A stretch of 63,144 bases of DNA, filler included. It is 7 parts of 7 records of this genome, joined end to end, with 100 filler letters (N's around TTAATTAATTAA, not from the genome) between each part and the next. Parts side by side here need not be neighbours in the genome. Positions count along the whole stretch, not along the records: positions 24,715 to 43,357 come from SRR20825010_507; 6 more parts are not named here. One strand, 5' to 3'. The position numbers and the translations under genes were made by a program. The notes under the pieces were generated by a model. The model saw only the letters and a program-made list of their open reading frames with translations, searched no databases and was not told the DNA's origin. Numbering within the stretch: the first letter of the stretch is position 1; each line of letters begins with the position of its first letter. Below are positions 29,186-40,210 of this stretch, in pieces.

Positions 29186-31018
29186 CTAGACAGGGCTTTC
29201 TTTGTGCGCCGCATCGCCCGGCCCGAATTGCAGTGCGTGCAGATGCGCATAGAGACCGGCATCACCGATGAGTGCAGCGTGGGTCCCGCTTTCAACCACA
29301 CGCCCGCCATCAAAAACATGGATCACGTCCGCGTGCTGAATGGTCGAAAGCCGATGGGCAATGACGATGGTTGTCCGCCCTTTCATCAGAACCTTCAGCG
29401 CATTCTGGATCTGCCGCTCGGACTCGGTATCCAGCGCGCTGGTGGCCTCGTCCAGCAGCAGGATCGGCGCATCCTTCAGAATGGCCCGGGCAATCGCCAG
29501 CCGCTGACGCTGCCCGCCGGAGAGCTTCGTGCCCTGCTCGCCAATCACGGTTTCATAACCATTCGGCAATGCCACGATGAAATCATCCGCCGCCGCCGCA
29601 CGGGCCGCGGCCCGCACTTCCTCATCGCTCGCGTCGAGCCGGCCGAAACGGATATTGTTGATGACGGAATCGTCGAACAGCACGACATCCTGACTGACAA
29701 TGGCAAGCGCTTCGCGGACACTGTCAATGGTCACGGTCCGGATATCGAGGCCGTTGACCTGAACGCTCCCGCCCGCCGGATCGTAGAAGCGGGGGATCAT
29801 CGACAAGACCGTGCTCTTGCCCGCGCCCGAAGGTCCTACCAGCGCCGTGACCTTGCCGGCCGGCGCCTCGAAACTGACACCATTGAGGGCGGCATCCGGC
29901 GCCACGCCACCTTCAACCGGTGCCGCCGCGCCATAGGTAAACCGGACAGCGTCGAACTTTACCGCTCCGGCGGCCCGGGGCAGTGGCTTTGCTCCCGGTG
30001 CATTCTTGATCCTCGGCTCCTGGTCAAGCAGTGCGAAAATCCTCTGGGCGGCAGCGAGACCTTCCTGGAGATTGGTGTTGATCTTGCCCAGTGCCCGCAA
30101 CGGCTGATAGGCCATCAGGGTCGCGGCAATGAACGAGAAAAAGGCGCCCGGGGACGTGTGCCCCTCAATCACCCGCGCGCCGCCATAGGCGATCACCGCC
30201 GCAACGGCGACCCCGCCGAGAAAATCGATGATCGGCTGCGGGGCTGCCTTGACCCGGACACCCCGGTAGTTCAGCCGGAAGATCCGTTCCACCAGTCCCT
30301 GAATCCGGCCGGTCTCATTTTCCTCCAGGCCAAAGGACTTGATCATCCGGATGCCCTGGAACCCCTGGGTCAGCAGGGTGGTCATCGCGCCCATTTCTAT
30401 CTGCGTGTCGGCCGAGACCCGGCGCATCCGCTTGCCGAGCTGCCGGATCGGATAGGCCGAGAGCGGGGCGACGACGAAGGTGATGCAGGCCAGCATCCAC
30501 TCCTGATAAAACATCACCGCGACGAGGAAGATGACGGAGAGGGTGTCCCGTCCAAGGCCAACCAGAGCATTCGCCACCGCATTGCGCATGGCGTTTATGT
30601 CGAAGGTGAAGTGCGAGATCAGAGTGCCGCTGTGCCGGTCCTGGAACAGGCCGAGATCAAGATGAATCAGATGCCGGTAGAGCCGGGCCTGGGTATCAGC
30701 GACCACCCGCTGGCCGACATAGCCGACGAGCACTTCCTGCACATAGGTCGCAACGCTCTTTACGAAGAAGGTCGCAACCACGGCACCGGCGACCAGCCAG
30801 AGCACCGACAGATCCTTTTCGATGAAAATCTTGTTCACCATCGGGTCCATCAGCCAGGCCGATGCGGCGGTCGCGCCGGCGACCAGCACCATGCAGATGA
30901 CCGCGAGGATCAATCGTCCCGTATAAGGCCTGACAAGATCCCGAACCACGCGCCGCAGCAGCGACAGACTGGCTTCATCCGTGATCCTGATTTTTGTCCG
31001 GTCCGATTTTTTGGCCAT
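29186..31018 (-). CDS. msbA: MsbA-like ABC exporter (TMD + NBD)
   Basis: Six-TM domain, GPSGAGKST, LSGGQRQR, LLLDEATSALD, IAHRLSTI; near lipid A acyltransferase. Confidence 0.8.
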   Translation of the reverse strand: MAKKSDRTKIRITDEASLSLLRRVVRDLVRPYTGRLILAVICMVLVAGATAASAWLMDPMVNKIFIEKDLSVLWLVAGAVVATFFVKSVATYVQEVLVGYVGQRVVADTQARLYRHLIHLDLGLFQDRHSGTLISHFTFDINAMRNAVANALVGLGRDTLSVIFLVAVMFYQEWMLACITFVVAPLSAYPIRQLGKRMRRVSADTQIEMGAMTTLLTQGFQGIRMIKSFGLEENETGRIQGLVERIFRLNYRGVRVKAAPQPIIDFLGGVAVAAVIAYGGARVIEGHTSPGAFFSFIAATLMAYQPLRALGKINTNLQEGLAAAQRIFALLDQEPRIKNAPGAKPLPRAAGAVKFDAVRFTYGAAAPVEGGVAPDAALNGVSFEAPAGKVTALVGPSGAGKSTVLSMIPRFYDPAGGSVQVNGLDIRTVTIDSVREALAIVSQDVVLFDDSVINNIRFGRLDASDEEVRAAARAAAADDFIVALPNGYETVIGEQGTKLSGGQRQRLAIARAILKDAPILLLDEATSALDTESERQIQNALKVLMKGRTTIVIAHRLSTIQHADVIHVFDGGRVVESGTHAALIGDAGLYAHLHALQFGPGDAAHKESPV

Positions 31019-31254
31019 TCAGTTCAATCCATGTAAGACGCGCCCTGCATATAGCATGGCACCACCTGATCGCCACCGATTTGCAGGGCGTAAATCACGC
31101 CAGCGCCCACAATCCCCACCGGACCATGTTGATTTAAATTCGGTATCCCGTACTATTGCGTCCTCGTATTCAAGTTCATCCGATCAATCGGATAAGCGCC
31201 TAACAAAGCAAGAACAATAATCGGCGCACAGGTTTGGCAAAACAGGAGGCTCTA

Positions 31255-32838
31255 ATGAAATCGAACAACAAGCTCGCGTCAGCACTGGGTGCCGGCGTTT
31301 CCCGTCGAGGTTTTCTTGGCGGCACCGCAGCACTCGGTGTGACAGCCGCATCCACTTCAACATTGCTGGGTAAAAAAGCCTACGCAGCCAAAAAGGGCGG
31401 CCATTTGCGGGCCGGTATCGCGCACGGTTCGACCACAGATTCGCTCGACCCGGCGACCTGGGAGAACGGCTTCTCGCTGTCCCTCGACTACACCCTGTTC
31501 AACCATCTCGGCGAAGTCGACCATACCGGCGCCGTACAGCCGGAACTGGCGGAAAGCTGGGAAGCCTCCCCGGACGCCAAGGTCTGGTCCTTCAAGCTGC
31601 GCAAGGATGTCGAATTCCACAACGGCAAGACCCTTGAAGCCTCCGACGTGATCGCCTCCATCGAATATCACATGGGCGAAGACACCAAGTCCGCGGCGAA
31701 ATCCCTGCTGACGCAGGTCGCATCGATGAAGTCCGACGGCAAGAACGAAGTCATTATCGAACTCAAGGCCGGTAATGCCGATTTCCCGTATGTGATCAGC
31801 GATTATCATATCGCCATCAAGCCGGCCAAAAACGGCAAGATCGACCCGACCGAAGGCATCGGCACCGGCCCGTACGTGCTCGAGAGCTACGAGCCGGGCG
31901 TGCGCATGAAAGCGACCAAGAACAAGAACTACTTCAAGTCCGACCGTGGCCATTTCGACTCCGTCGAGCTGATCACCATCATCGACCTCGCCGCCCGTCA
32001 GAACGCTCTGACCACCGGTGAAATCGACATGATGGACCGGGCCGACCTGAAGACGGTGCACCTTCTGAAGCGATCGAAGGGCATCAACGTCATGGAGACG
32101 GTGGGCTACAAGCACTACACCATGCCGATGCGCACCGACACGGCACCGTTCGACAAGAACGACCTGCGTCTGGCACTGAAATATTCTCTCGACCGCGAAG
32201 AGCTGGTGAAGAAGATCCTGCGCGGCCATGGCGTTGTCGGTAACGACCATCCGATCAGCCCGACCAACCAGTATCACGCGGGCGATCTTGCCCAGCGGAT
32301 GTACGATCCGGACAAGGCGAAGTTCCACTTCAAGAAAGCCGGCATGGAAGGCACGACGATCCAGCTTTCCGCCGCCGACGCGGCCTTCCCGGGCGCCGTC
32401 GATGCGGCCGTGCTCTACAAGGAGCATGCGGCCAAGGCTGGCATCGATATCGAAGTCGTGCGCGAGCCGAATGACGGCTACTGGTCGAACGTCTGGATGA
32501 AAAAGGGCTGGTGCGCCTGCTATTGGGGCGGCCGTCCGACCGAAGACTGGATGTTCACCACGGCTTATGCCGCCGGTGCGGACTGGAACGACACGTTCTG
32601 GAAACATGACCGGTTCAACGAGCTGCTCCTCGCGGCCCGCGCCGAGCTCGACAGCGACAAGCGCCGGACCATGTATTACGAGATGCAGGAAATCGTCAGC
32701 AATGACGGTGGCGTTGTCGTCCCGATGTTCGCCAACTATGTGTTCGCCGCATCCGACAAGATCGTGCCGTCCGAGCAGATGGCCGGTAACTGGGAAATCG
32801 ACGGCTGTAAATTTGCGGAACGGTGGTCCTTCGCCTGA
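31255..32838 (+). CDS. peptide/nickel-type ABC substrate-binding protein (family 5) with Tat signal
   Basis: SRRGFL twin-arginine motif; PELAESWE, LRKDVEFHNGK, GTGPY. Confidence 0.94.
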   Translation: MKSNNKLASALGAGVSRRGFLGGTAALGVTAASTSTLLGKKAYAAKKGGHLRAGIAHGSTTDSLDPATWENGFSLSLDYTLFNHLGEVDHTGAVQPELAESWEASPDAKVWSFKLRKDVEFHNGKTLEASDVIASIEYHMGEDTKSAAKSLLTQVASMKSDGKNEVIIELKAGNADFPYVISDYHIAIKPAKNGKIDPTEGIGTGPYVLESYEPGVRMKATKNKNYFKSDRGHFDSVELITIIDLAARQNALTTGEIDMMDRADLKTVHLLKRSKGINVMETVGYKHYTMPMRTDTAPFDKNDLRLALKYSLDREELVKKILRGHGVVGNDHPISPTNQYHAGDLAQRMYDPDKAKFHFKKAGMEGTTIQLSAADAAFPGAVDAAVLYKEHAAKAGIDIEVVREPNDGYWSNVWMKKGWCACYWGGRPTEDWMFTTAYAAGADWNDTFWKHDRFNELLLAARAELDSDKRRTMYYEMQEIVSNDGGVVVPMFANYVFAASDKIVPSEQMAGNWEIDGCKFAERWSFA

Positions 32839-32852
32839 AGGAGGTCACCCGC

Positions 32853-33809
32853 ATGACACAAATCCTGAAAATGGTTGCCCAGCGCTTTGCGCTGGGCTTC
32901 CTTACGCTTTTCATTGTTTCGCTCATTATTTTTCTCGGAATCGAACTTCTTCCAGGCGATATCGCGGAAGAAATTCTCGGCCAGAGCGCCACACCAGAGA
33001 CTGTTGCCGCGTTCCGCGCTGAACTCGGCCTCGATGTTCCTGCCCACATACGGTATTTCGACTGGCTCTGGGGCATGCTCCAGGGCGATATGGGCCGCTC
33101 CCTTGCAAACAAGCGCGAGATATCCGAGCTGATCGGCCTGCGCTTCGGTAACACCCTGTTCCTTGCTGTTACCGCTGCCGCGATATCCGTACCGCTCGCT
33201 CTGACGCTCGGGGTCCTGGCCGCGCTGTACCGCCACTCCTTCTACGATCGTGCGGTCAACGTAGTGACGCTGAGCTCCATTTCGTTTCCCGAATTCTTTG
33301 TTGCCTATATCCTGATCTTCCTGCTTTCGGTGACCTTCCCGATCTTCCCCTCCATCGCCAATATCAGCGACACGACCCCCTTCTGGGAGAAGGTCTACAA
33401 GGTCCTGCTGCCGGCCCTGACGCTCACCCTCGTCGTTGTCGCACACATGATGCGGATGACACGGGCGGCGATCATCAACCTGCTCGCCAGCCCCTATATC
33501 GAGATGGCGAACCTGAAAGGTCTCAGCAAGGCACGGGTCATCGTCAAGCATGCCCTGCCGAACGCTCTCGCACCGATCATCAATGTCGTCGTCATCAACC
33601 TCGCCTATCTGATCGTCGGCGTCGTGGTGGTCGAGGTGGTGTTCGTCTATCCGGGCCTGGGCCAGCTCATGGTCGATTCGGTCTCGAAGCGCGATCTGCC
33701 CGTGGTGCAGGCATCCGCCATGATCTTTGCCGGCACATACGTCTTACTCAACCTGCTCGCGGACATTCTGTCGATTCTGACAAACCCGCGCCTGCTGCAT
33801 CCGCGTTGA
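32853..33809 (+). CDS. ABC permease (DppB-like)
   Basis: GDMGRS, SFPEF, YIEMANLKG, HALPNA, NPRL. Confidence 0.93.
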   Translation: MTQILKMVAQRFALGFLTLFIVSLIIFLGIELLPGDIAEEILGQSATPETVAAFRAELGLDVPAHIRYFDWLWGMLQGDMGRSLANKREISELIGLRFGNTLFLAVTAAAISVPLALTLGVLAALYRHSFYDRAVNVVTLSSISFPEFFVAYILIFLLSVTFPIFPSIANISDTTPFWEKVYKVLLPALTLTLVVVAHMMRMTRAAIINLLASPYIEMANLKGLSKARVIVKHALPNALAPIINVVVINLAYLIVGVVVVEVVFVYPGLGQLMVDSVSKRDLPVVQASAMIFAGTYVLLNLLADILSILTNPRLLHPR

Positions 33810-33822
33810 GGGAGGAAGTCCA

Positions 33823-34650
33823 ATGAACGCCACCCTCAAACTACTGGCCAGCGCGCCATGGAGCGCCAAGTTTGGCATCGTCGTCATTCTCGGCTACGCC
33901 TTCGTCGCCATCTTCGCGCCGGTGCTGACGCCTTATGGCGAAACGGAAATCGTCGGCGCGGAATTCGAGCTCTGGGGCGAGGAATTCATCCTCGGCACCG
34001 ACAGTCTCGGCCGGGACATGCTGACCCGGCTGATCTACGGCGCGCGAAACACCATCGGGATCGCCTTCCTGACAACCGGCCTCGCTTTTCTGCTCGGCTC
34101 GGTCACCGGCTTTCTTGCCGCTGCCATCTCCGGCTGGGTCGATCAGCTTCTGTCCCGGATCGTCGATGTTCTGATGGCCATCCCGGCCCTGATCTTCGGT
34201 CTTCTCGTGCTCACCATCGTCGGCACCTCGATCATGAACATGGTTCTGGTCATCGCCGTCCTTGAATCGACCCGTGTGTTCCGTCTGGCCCGCGCGGTTG
34301 CGATGGGTGTCGTGGTCATGGATTACGTCGAGGCGGCCCGTCTGCGCGGTGAAGGCCTGTGGTGGATCATGAGCCGCGAAGTGCTGCCGAATGCCCTGCC
34401 CCCGCTGGTGGCGGAATTCGGCCTGCGCTTCTGCTTCGTGTTCCTGTTCATCAGCGCCCTCAGCTTCCTTGGCCTCGGCATTCAGCCGCCGACCGCCGAC
34501 TGGGGCAGCATGGTGCGTGATAACGCCACCCTCATGACCTTCGGCGACATCACGCCTCTGGTACCGGCGGCAGCCATTGCGCTGCTGACCGTCGCGGTGA
34601 ATTTCGTCGTCGACTGGTTCCTCCACAAGGCAAGCGGATTGAAAGAATGA
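33823..34650 (+). CDS. ABC permease (DppC-like)
   Basis: LGTDSLGRD, YVEAARLRG, LSFLGLGIQPP..DWG. Confidence 0.93.
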   Translation: MNATLKLLASAPWSAKFGIVVILGYAFVAIFAPVLTPYGETEIVGAEFELWGEEFILGTDSLGRDMLTRLIYGARNTIGIAFLTTGLAFLLGSVTGFLAAAISGWVDQLLSRIVDVLMAIPALIFGLLVLTIVGTSIMNMVLVIAVLESTRVFRLARAVAMGVVVMDYVEAARLRGEGLWWIMSREVLPNALPPLVAEFGLRFCFVFLFISALSFLGLGIQPPTADWGSMVRDNATLMTFGDITPLVPAAAIALLTVAVNFVVDWFLHKASGLKE

Positions 34651-36311
34651 GCGAGCAAAGCGACCAAAACATTCTCCTTCGTATCCGCGGATTGCGTATC
34701 GAGGGCATGAGCGGCGATAGCTGGCAGGAAATCGTGCACGGGGTCGATCTCGACCTGCGCAAGGGCGAGGTTCTCGGCCTGATCGGCGAATCCGGGGCCG
34801 GTAAATCCACCATCGGCCTCGCCGCCATGGGCTACGCCCGCGACGGCTGCCGGATCACCGGCGGCGAGATCCAGTTCGACGGCATGGATCTGGCGGCGAT
34901 GGAAGACTCAGAAAAGCGGCATATCTGGGGATCCCGCATCGCCTATGTCGCGCAGAGTGCGGCAGCCGCCTTTAACCCGGCGCACCGGCTGATCGACCAG
35001 TTTACCGAAGCGCCGGTGCAGCACGGCCTGTCGGACAAATCCACCTCTCAGGAAGAAGCCCGCGAGCTTTTCGCCCGGCTGCAATTGCCCGATCCGGACG
35101 GGATCGGTCTGCGCTATCCGCACCAGGTTTCCGGCGGGCAGCTACAACGCGCCATGACCGCCATGGCGATGTCCTGCAAACCGGACCTGATCATCTTCGA
35201 CGAGCCGACAACGGCACTCGACGTGACCACCCAGATCGAGGTCCTGGCCGCGATCCGCGATGCCGTCGAAGCCTTCGATACGGCCGCCATCTACATCACC
35301 CACGATCTCGCCGTCGTCGCCCAGATGGCAGACCGGATCATGGTGCTGCGGCACGGAAATCTGGTCGAGGAGGGCGAAACCCGCTCCATGCTGGCCGACC
35401 CGAAGGAAGCCTATACGCAGAACCTTCTGGCGGTGCGCAGCTTCAAGAGCGAGGAGATGGCCAATCCGGTCGGCGAAGAGCCGTTGCTCCGGGTCGACAA
35501 CGTCACGGCAAGCTATGGCGACGTGCCGGTCCTGCATGGCGTGTCCGTCGATATTCACAAGAAGCGGACGGTTGCGGTCGTCGGGGAATCCGGCTCAGGC
35601 AAGAGCACGCTTGCCCGGGTCATCACCGGTCTGTTGCCGGCCTCGTCCGGCAGCGTCAGCTATAACGGCGAGATCCTGCCCCTCAGCTACAAACAGCGCG
35701 ACAAGAGCCAGCTCCGCCGCATGCAGATGATCTACCAGATGCCAGACACCGCGCTTAACCCGCGCCAGCGCATCCGGGACATCATCGGCCGGCCGGTCGC
35801 TTTCTATCTCGGGCTGAGCGGCAAGCAGCTGGAAGATCGAGTGCGCGAGCTGCTGTCCCTGATTGAGCTGGAGCCGGACGATTATATCGACCGGCTGTCG
35901 ACGGAACTTTCGGGTGGCCAGAAGCAGCGGATCTGTATCGCCCGCGCCCTTGCGGCCGAGCCGCAGCTGATCATCTGCGACGAGGTCACTTCCGCGCTCG
36001 ACCAGCTTGTTGCCGAAGAGATCCTGAAGCTGCTGCAACGCCTGCAGGACGAGCTCGATCTGTCCTACATGTTCATCACCCATGATCTTGCGACGGTGCG
36101 CGCCATCGCGGACGAGGTTGTGGTGATGCTGCAGGGCAAGGTCGTGGAGCACGGCTCGAAGACGGAAATGTTCAAGCCGCCGCATCACGATTATACCGAC
36201 CTGCTGCTGTCCTCCGTGCCGGAAATGGATCCGGACTGGCTCGACAAGCTGCTGGCCGAACGGGCCGAGCTGGCGAAGCAGGGCCGGGTTCTGAAAGCAG
36301 CGGACCACTAA
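34647..36311 (+). CDS. ABC ATP-binding protein with two NBDs (DppD/F fusion)
   Basis: Two Walker A motifs (GESGAGKST, GESGSGKST), SGGQ signatures, DEPTTALD / DEVTSALD. Confidence 0.94.
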   Translation: MSEQSDQNILLRIRGLRIEGMSGDSWQEIVHGVDLDLRKGEVLGLIGESGAGKSTIGLAAMGYARDGCRITGGEIQFDGMDLAAMEDSEKRHIWGSRIAYVAQSAAAAFNPAHRLIDQFTEAPVQHGLSDKSTSQEEARELFARLQLPDPDGIGLRYPHQVSGGQLQRAMTAMAMSCKPDLIIFDEPTTALDVTTQIEVLAAIRDAVEAFDTAAIYITHDLAVVAQMADRIMVLRHGNLVEEGETRSMLADPKEAYTQNLLAVRSFKSEEMANPVGEEPLLRVDNVTASYGDVPVLHGVSVDIHKKRTVAVVGESGSGKSTLARVITGLLPASSGSVSYNGEILPLSYKQRDKSQLRRMQMIYQMPDTALNPRQRIRDIIGRPVAFYLGLSGKQLEDRVRELLSLIELEPDDYIDRLSTELSGGQKQRICIARALAAEPQLIICDEVTSALDQLVAEEILKLLQRLQDELDLSYMFITHDLATVRAIADEVVVMLQGKVVEHGSKTEMFKPPHHDYTDLLLSSVPEMDPDWLDKLLAERAELAKQGRVLKAADH

Positions 36312-36333
36312 ACCGAAGGCGCCTGGAGCCTCA

Positions 36334-38349
36334 ATGCAAACTGTCGGACAATTTCCGCATGCCGTGCGGGAAATCGAGAACTGCTGGATTACCCTCAGCG
36401 ACGGCTGCCGCGTGGCCGCCCGGATCTGGCTTCCGGAAGGGGCCGAGAACGCCCCGGTCCCGGCGATCCTCGAATATCTTCCCTATCGCAAGCGCGACGG
36501 AACATCGGCCCGCGATGCCCTGACCCATCCCTATTTCGCCGGCCACGGCTATGCCGCGATCCGCGTAGACATGCGCGGCAATGGTGAGTCCGACGGCATC
36601 ATGGAAGACGAATATCTGGCCCAGGAACAGGATGATGCACTGGAGGTGATCGACTGGATCACCAGCCAGCCCTGGTGCTCCGGCGCCGTCGGCATGATCG
36701 GCATCTCCTGGGGCGGCTTCAACGGGTTGCAGGTGGCCTACCGCCAGCCCGAGGCCTTGAAGGCCGTGATCACCATCTGCTCTACGGATGACCGCTATGC
36801 GGACGACATCCACTACAAGGGCGGGGCAATGCTAAACGAGAATATGGGCTGGTCCTCGACCATGCTGTCCTATTCCTCGCGGCCGCCGGACCCGGCACTG
36901 GTTGGCGAGAGCTGGCGCGAGACCTGGTTGAAACGGCTCGAGGCCGAGCCGCTGCTGATCGCCAACTGGCTACACCACCAGACCCGCGACGCATTCTGGA
37001 AGCATGGCTCGGTCTGCGAGGATTATTCCCGCATGACCGTCCCGGTGCTGGCCGTTGGCGGCTGGTCCGATGCCTACAGCAACGCGGTGCCGCGCATGCT
37101 GGAGAATCTGCCGGGCTTCGTCCGGGGAATTGTCGGCCCCTGGCTGCATAAATATCCGCATTTCGCCGTGCCCGGCCCGGCCATCGGTTTCCTGCAGGAG
37201 TCCTTACGCTGGTGGGATCACTGGCTGAAGGGGATCGATCGCGGTGTCGAACAGGACCCGGCGTTCCGGGTCTATATGCAGAACTCCGTGCCGCCGAAAG
37301 CCGCTTACAAGACCCGCGACGGACGCTGGCTCGGCGAGCAGAGCTGGCCAAGCCCGAACGTCGAAGCCACGCGCTTCTATTTGCAGGACGGCCGCCTGAA
37401 GGACGCACCGGGTAGCAGCGCCGAAACGCTGATACGCTCCCCCGAGACGGTCGGTCAGGCAGGCGGGGAATACTGCATGATCTGGCTCGGCCCGGAAGGA
37501 CCGACGGATCAGCGGGTGGACGATGCGGGCTCCGTCTGTTTCGAAACCGCGCCGCTGGACGGCCGGATGGAGATCCTTGGCGCGCCAGTGCTCGATCTTG
37601 AGATCTCATCGGACAAACCGGTCGCGCACCTGATCGCCCGGCTGAACGACATCGCGCCGGACGGATCGGCGACCCGGATCACCTACGGCGTGCTGAACTT
37701 GACCCACCGGGACAGCCACGAGCATCCGGAAGCGCTTTCGCCCGGCAAACGCTATCGCGTGTCTCTCCGGCTGGACGATATTGCCTATGCCATGCCTCCG
37801 GGCCACCGGGTACGGGTCGCCCTGTCGACCAACTACTGGCCGATGATCTGGCCGGCACCGGAAGCCGCGACAATCACCCTCCAGGAAGGCAGCAGCAGCC
37901 TCTCCCTGCCCCTGCGTCCCACGGACGGTACCGATTGCCCCTACACACCCTTTGCCGAAGCAGAGGCGGCTCCCCCGCTGCAGAAGGATGTCCTGAGGCC
38001 CGCGAGGAACACGCGGACAATCACGACCGATGCGGAGACCGGCCGGCAGAGCATCTCGATCCTGGATGATTTCGGCTCTGACCGGATTGTCGAGATCGAT
38101 CTGACGGCGGACCATGTCGCCCGGGAGACCTATTCAATCCAGCCGGGCGATCCGCTCAGCGCCCGAATGGAGACCCACTGGAGTCAGGGCCTGTCCCGAG
38201 GCGACTGGAATGTCAGCACGGAGACCTATTGCACGCTGACCGGCGATAAGACGCATTTCCATGTCACCGGCCGGATCGAAGCCTATGAGGCAGGCGAGCT
38301 GATCTTCGATAAAGATTTCGAAGAATCGATCCCCCGCAACATGCTCTGA
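36334..38349 (+). CDS. CocE/NonD family serine hydrolase
   Basis: EYLPYRK, VDMRGNGESDG, GISWGG nucleophile elbow, GGWSD, GPWLH. Confidence 0.92.
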   Translation: MQTVGQFPHAVREIENCWITLSDGCRVAARIWLPEGAENAPVPAILEYLPYRKRDGTSARDALTHPYFAGHGYAAIRVDMRGNGESDGIMEDEYLAQEQDDALEVIDWITSQPWCSGAVGMIGISWGGFNGLQVAYRQPEALKAVITICSTDDRYADDIHYKGGAMLNENMGWSSTMLSYSSRPPDPALVGESWRETWLKRLEAEPLLIANWLHHQTRDAFWKHGSVCEDYSRMTVPVLAVGGWSDAYSNAVPRMLENLPGFVRGIVGPWLHKYPHFAVPGPAIGFLQESLRWWDHWLKGIDRGVEQDPAFRVYMQNSVPPKAAYKTRDGRWLGEQSWPSPNVEATRFYLQDGRLKDAPGSSAETLIRSPETVGQAGGEYCMIWLGPEGPTDQRVDDAGSVCFETAPLDGRMEILGAPVLDLEISSDKPVAHLIARLNDIAPDGSATRITYGVLNLTHRDSHEHPEALSPGKRYRVSLRLDDIAYAMPPGHRVRVALSTNYWPMIWPAPEAATITLQEGSSSLSLPLRPTDGTDCPYTPFAEAEAAPPLQKDVLRPARNTRTITTDAETGRQSISILDDFGSDRIVEIDLTADHVARETYSIQPGDPLSARMETHWSQGLSRGDWNVSTETYCTLTGDKTHFHVTGRIEAYEAGELIFDKDFEESIPRNML

Positions 38350-38362
38350 TCCTGGCGCTCGC

Positions 38363-40210
38363 CTACTCGGCGGGCGCCACCCGGATATCCTGGAAGAAAC
38401 TCGTACTGAGCATGCGCAGACGGCGGCTGAGGGCACTCATGGCATCGGCCGTCGCATCGACCTCCCGCGCCGCTTCCTCGCTCTGCACCGTCGCTTCAGC
38501 AAGGCTGGCAATACCGGAATTGACCTCGTTGCTTGCCGCCGCCGCACCGTCGGCACTGCTCGCGATCTCCCGCGTTGCTTCCGTCTGGGCGGTCATGGCG
38601 GAAACCGCATCCTGGGTATTCCGATCAATCGATGCCACGCTCTCGATCGCCTCGCCGATGGCAGACACCGCGGCGTCGATGACGGACCGCATTTCGGCGA
38701 CCTGACGCGAAATCTGCAAAGCTGCGTCTTCGGTTTGTCCGGCAAGCGATTTCACCTCACCGGCAACCACCGCGAAGCCGCGCCCCATTTCACCGGCCCG
38801 GGCTGCCTCGATGGTGGCATTCATGGCCAGCAGGTTCGTCTGATGGGCAACCGAGCTGATGATGTCGGCAAAGCCCCCCACCTCGCCTGCCAGTGCCGTC
38901 AGTTGCCCCACGGTCTCGGTCGTGCTCTCCGCCCGTTGGGAGGCCAGCGCGGATGATTCCGCCGCAGCCTGGATAACCAGCCCGAGGTCCGATATGGAGC
39001 GGTCGAGAGAAGCCGCCGCGTCGGACACACCGCCCGCACCGGCAGCCGCCGTGCTTGATGCCGAGCGGGCTTTCTCCGCGCTTCCGGCCGCGCCGGAAAC
39101 CGAATCCTTCATCGTCCGGGTAACGTCTTCCATCCGCTGTGTCGCGTCCGCGACCTCGGCGAGGATCTGGCCGATCTCCTTCTCGAAGGATTTCAGGATC
39201 AGCTCGCGGCGCTCGACTTCCTGCGCCTGCGCATCATGTGCCGCACTTGTCCGCTCCTGCAGCAGGGCATTTTCATCCAGCACCGACTGGAACTGCCCGA
39301 CACGGCGCGCGATCGTGCCAATCTCATCCTTGCGTTCAAGATAGGGGACCGTCACCGGCTCCATTGCAGACACGGCCCTGATCGCTTGCGTCACCCGCTC
39401 AAGCGGCCGGGTAACGATGATCCGGCTTGATGCATAGGCAGCCGCGATGGCGAGCAAGGTTCCGGCACCAGCCATGATCGCCAGCAGTCCCCGGGCCTGC
39501 GCCGCAAAAACCTGCAATTCATCTTCCTTGGCCAGGATCTTTTCATTCTCCTGCACGATCGCGTTGCGGATTTGCTCCGCCGCCAATGCTTCGTCCGCCA
39601 ACTCCCCTTTCACGATTGCCAGACGCTGCTCGAGGCTGGCCGCGTTGAAGAGGTCGGCGATCTTCCGGTTGGCCGCGTCGGCATCGACACCGGGGATGAT
39701 CAGCTCAGTCACCGATTCACTATATTCGCCACCTTCGAACACGCCGAAGGAGATGGCGGCGCCGCCATCCACATCCTCGACAACGAACTTCGCTTCCTTC
39801 TGGAGATCCCGGCGCTGTTTGCGCTGTTTGTATCGGGCAACGATGGCATCGCGGCCTGAATGCAGAACCTCCGTCGCGCCATTTTGGGCGGCCCAGCTCT
39901 TCAGCTCCGCTGAAGGGTTTACTTCAAGCCTTTGCGGGATCTGGAAATAGTTCTGCTGCAGGATCATCACCTGCGACCGGAGGTCCTGGTTCATCGCCCG
40001 GAGCAAGGCCGCGCGCTGGTCCTCTCTCTCTGCGACCATCGAAACGACGATATAGATAGCGGCCAGAAATCCGGCGAAGACCAGAGCCGTCATCACGGCG
40101 GCCGACAGAACCAGCTTCGTGCTGATACGGGAGCCGAGACCCGAGGAGGACTCGCGCGGCTCCGTCTCCATCCCGACATCCTGCTGTTCGAAGGCAATGT
40201 CCGACATCAC
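38363..40210 (-). CDS. methyl-accepting chemotaxis protein
   Basis: Two TM, HAMP (RKDEIG), signalling hairpin QTNLLAMNATIEAARAGEMGRGFAVVAGEVKSLA. Confidence 0.94.
   Translation of the reverse strand: MMSDIAFEQQDVGMETEPRESSSGLGSRISTKLVLSAAVMTALVFAGFLAAIYIVVSMVAEREDQRAALLRAMNQDLRSQVMILQQNYFQIPQRLEVNPSAELKSWAAQNGATEVLHSGRDAIVARYKQRKQRRDLQKEAKFVVEDVDGGAAISFGVFEGGEYSESVTELIIPGVDADAANRKIADLFNAASLEQRLAIVKGELADEALAAEQIRNAIVQENEKILAKEDELQVFAAQARGLLAIMAGAGTLLAIAAAYASSRIIVTRPLERVTQAIRAVSAMEPVTVPYLERKDEIGTIARRVGQFQSVLDENALLQERTSAAHDAQAQEVERRELILKSFEKEIGQILAEVADATQRMEDVTRTMKDSVSGAAGSAEKARSASSTAAAGAGGVSDAAASLDRSISDLGLVIQAAAESSALASQRAESTTETVGQLTALAGEVGGFADIISSVAHQTNLLAMNATIEAARAGEMGRGFAVVAGEVKSLAGQTEDAALQISRQVAEMRSVIDAAVSAIGEAIESVASIDRNTQDAVSAMTAQTEATREIASSADGAAAASNEVNSGIASLAEATVQSEEAAREVDATADAMSALSRRLRMLSTSFFQDIRVAPAE

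Noticed and set aside
29204-31036. Long antisense ORFs (also 385-1569, 2362-3801, 5765-7153, 31357-32607, 51144-52727)
   Set aside because: These are shadow ORFs opposite well-supported genes in GC-rich DNA and have no recognisable motifs.
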